Shown here: positions 31,331 through 31,872 of the stretch, in pieces
Numbering within the stretch: the stretch's first letter is position 1
Layout: each line of letters opens with the position of its first letter
Virus record (IMG/VR): IMGVR_UViG_3300045988_180666
Source: a virus
Lineage: Duplodnaviria; Heunggongvirae; Uroviricota; Caudoviricetes
Direction: 5' to 3' (one strand)
Length of the DNA stretch: 31,872 nucleotides
Made by a program: the position numbers and the translations under genes
The notes under the pieces: model-generated
What the model was told of the DNA's origin: nothing
Database searches by the model: none
The model's input: the letters and a program-made list of their open reading frames with translations, nothing else

Positions 31331-31872
31331 ATGGGATTATTAACAGGTAAGACAGCCCTTATTACAGGTGCTGCACGCGGCATCGGTAAAGCTGTCGCAA
31401 TGAAATTCGCATCAGAAGGTGCTAACATCGCATTCACAGACCTAGTTCTCAATGACGACATGGCTGCTGGTTTGGAAGCTACTCGTAAGGAAATCGAGGC
31501 TCTTGGCGTAACATGCCGTGCTTATGCTGGTAACGCTGCTGATTTCGCGGAGACAGACAAGACTGTTAAGCAGATTCATGCTGACTTCGGTTCTATCGAT
31601 ATTTTGGTTAACAACGCTGGTATCACTAAGGATGGTTTGATGCTCCGTATGAGCGAGGCTCAGTGGGATGCTGTGTTGAACGTTAACTTGAAGTCTGCTT
31701 TCAACTTCATCCACGCTTGTTCTCCTATCATGCTCCGTCAGCGCAGCGGTTCTATCATCAACATGGCTTCTGTAGTAGGTGTTCATGGTAACGCAGGTCA
31801 GTGCAACTATGCAGCTTCTAAGGCTGGTATGATTGCTTTGGCTAAGTCTATCGCTCAGGAGTTGGGTCCTAA
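31331..31872 (+). CDS. fabG: 3-oxoacyl-[acyl-carrier-protein] reductase FabG, partial (runs off right edge)
   Basis: Hand translation from the ATG at 31331: MGLLTGKTALITGAARGIGKAVAMKFASEGANIAF...ILVNNAGITKDGLMLRMSEAQWDAVLNVNLKSAF...NYAASKAGMIALAKSIAQELGP. This shows the SDR TGxxxGIG, NNAG and YxxxK motifs in the FabG pattern. Confidence 0.9.
   Translation, partial: MGLLTGKTALITGAARGIGKAVAMKFASEGANIAFTDLVLNDDMAAGLEATRKEIEALGVTCRAYAGNAADFAETDKTVKQIHADFGSIDILVNNAGITKDGLMLRMSEAQWDAVLNVNLKSAFNFIHACSPIMLRQRSGSIINMASVVGVHGNAGQCNYAASKAGMIALAKSIAQELGP

Noticed and set aside
30619-31786. Minus-strand ORFs 30619..31107 and 31442..31786
   Set aside because: They are antisense to the clearly recognisable TetR and fabG coding sequences.
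1-31872. Scan for CRISPR arrays, tRNA/tmRNA/rRNA genes, IS elements and integrase or transposase genes
   Set aside because: No regularly spaced direct repeats with unique spacers were seen. No tRNA T-arm-like GGTTCGA..CC signatures or cloverleaf candidates turned up in the intergenic regions. No ORF showed recombinase or transposase motifs.

Overview
From 1 to about 30.3 kb the window is a temperate tailed-phage genome (a prophage) of a Bacteroidales/Prevotella-type host. At the right end it abuts host genes: a TetR-family regulator and fabG (partial). All phage genes but one lie on the minus strand. Read in transcription order (high to low coordinates), the layout is as follows. (1) A divergent immunity/early region holds an XRE-type repressor on the plus strand at 29903-30280 and small early ORFs on the minus strand. 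(2) A Toprim + SF3-helicase primase gene lies at 25952-28906. (3) A 0.74-kb iteron-rich intergenic region follows. (4) The head module has a ClpP-like protease/scaffold fusion and a putative major capsid protein. (5) The packaging module has an HKD/PLD-like protein, an HTH protein, a TerS candidate and TerL at 17463-19064. (6) A roughly 5-kb mosaic accessory island spans 12.46-17.46 kb. (7) A putative portal, virion proteins and a tail-fibre string run off the left edge. The island is the most interesting part. It contains an ORF-poor 0.8-kb segment with many GGAAAA motifs and stacked hairpins. It also has a ComF-like phosphoribosyltransferase + RadC/JAB gene pair, whose architecture resembles the ShosTA toxin-antitoxin defence system but with a different partner protein. 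Next comes a visibly AT-rich three-gene ORFan operon with its own consensus promoter and terminator, then an orphan promoter-to-terminator mini-unit, and finally a small-gene trio ending in a tail-anchored membrane protein. Many Bacteroides-type promoters (-33 TTTG / -7 TAnnTTTG) and strand-specific intrinsic terminators can be read directly from the sequence. No tRNA, rRNA, CRISPR array, reverse transcriptase, transposase or integrase was seen. All protein calls rest on motif recognition by eye; no database search was possible.
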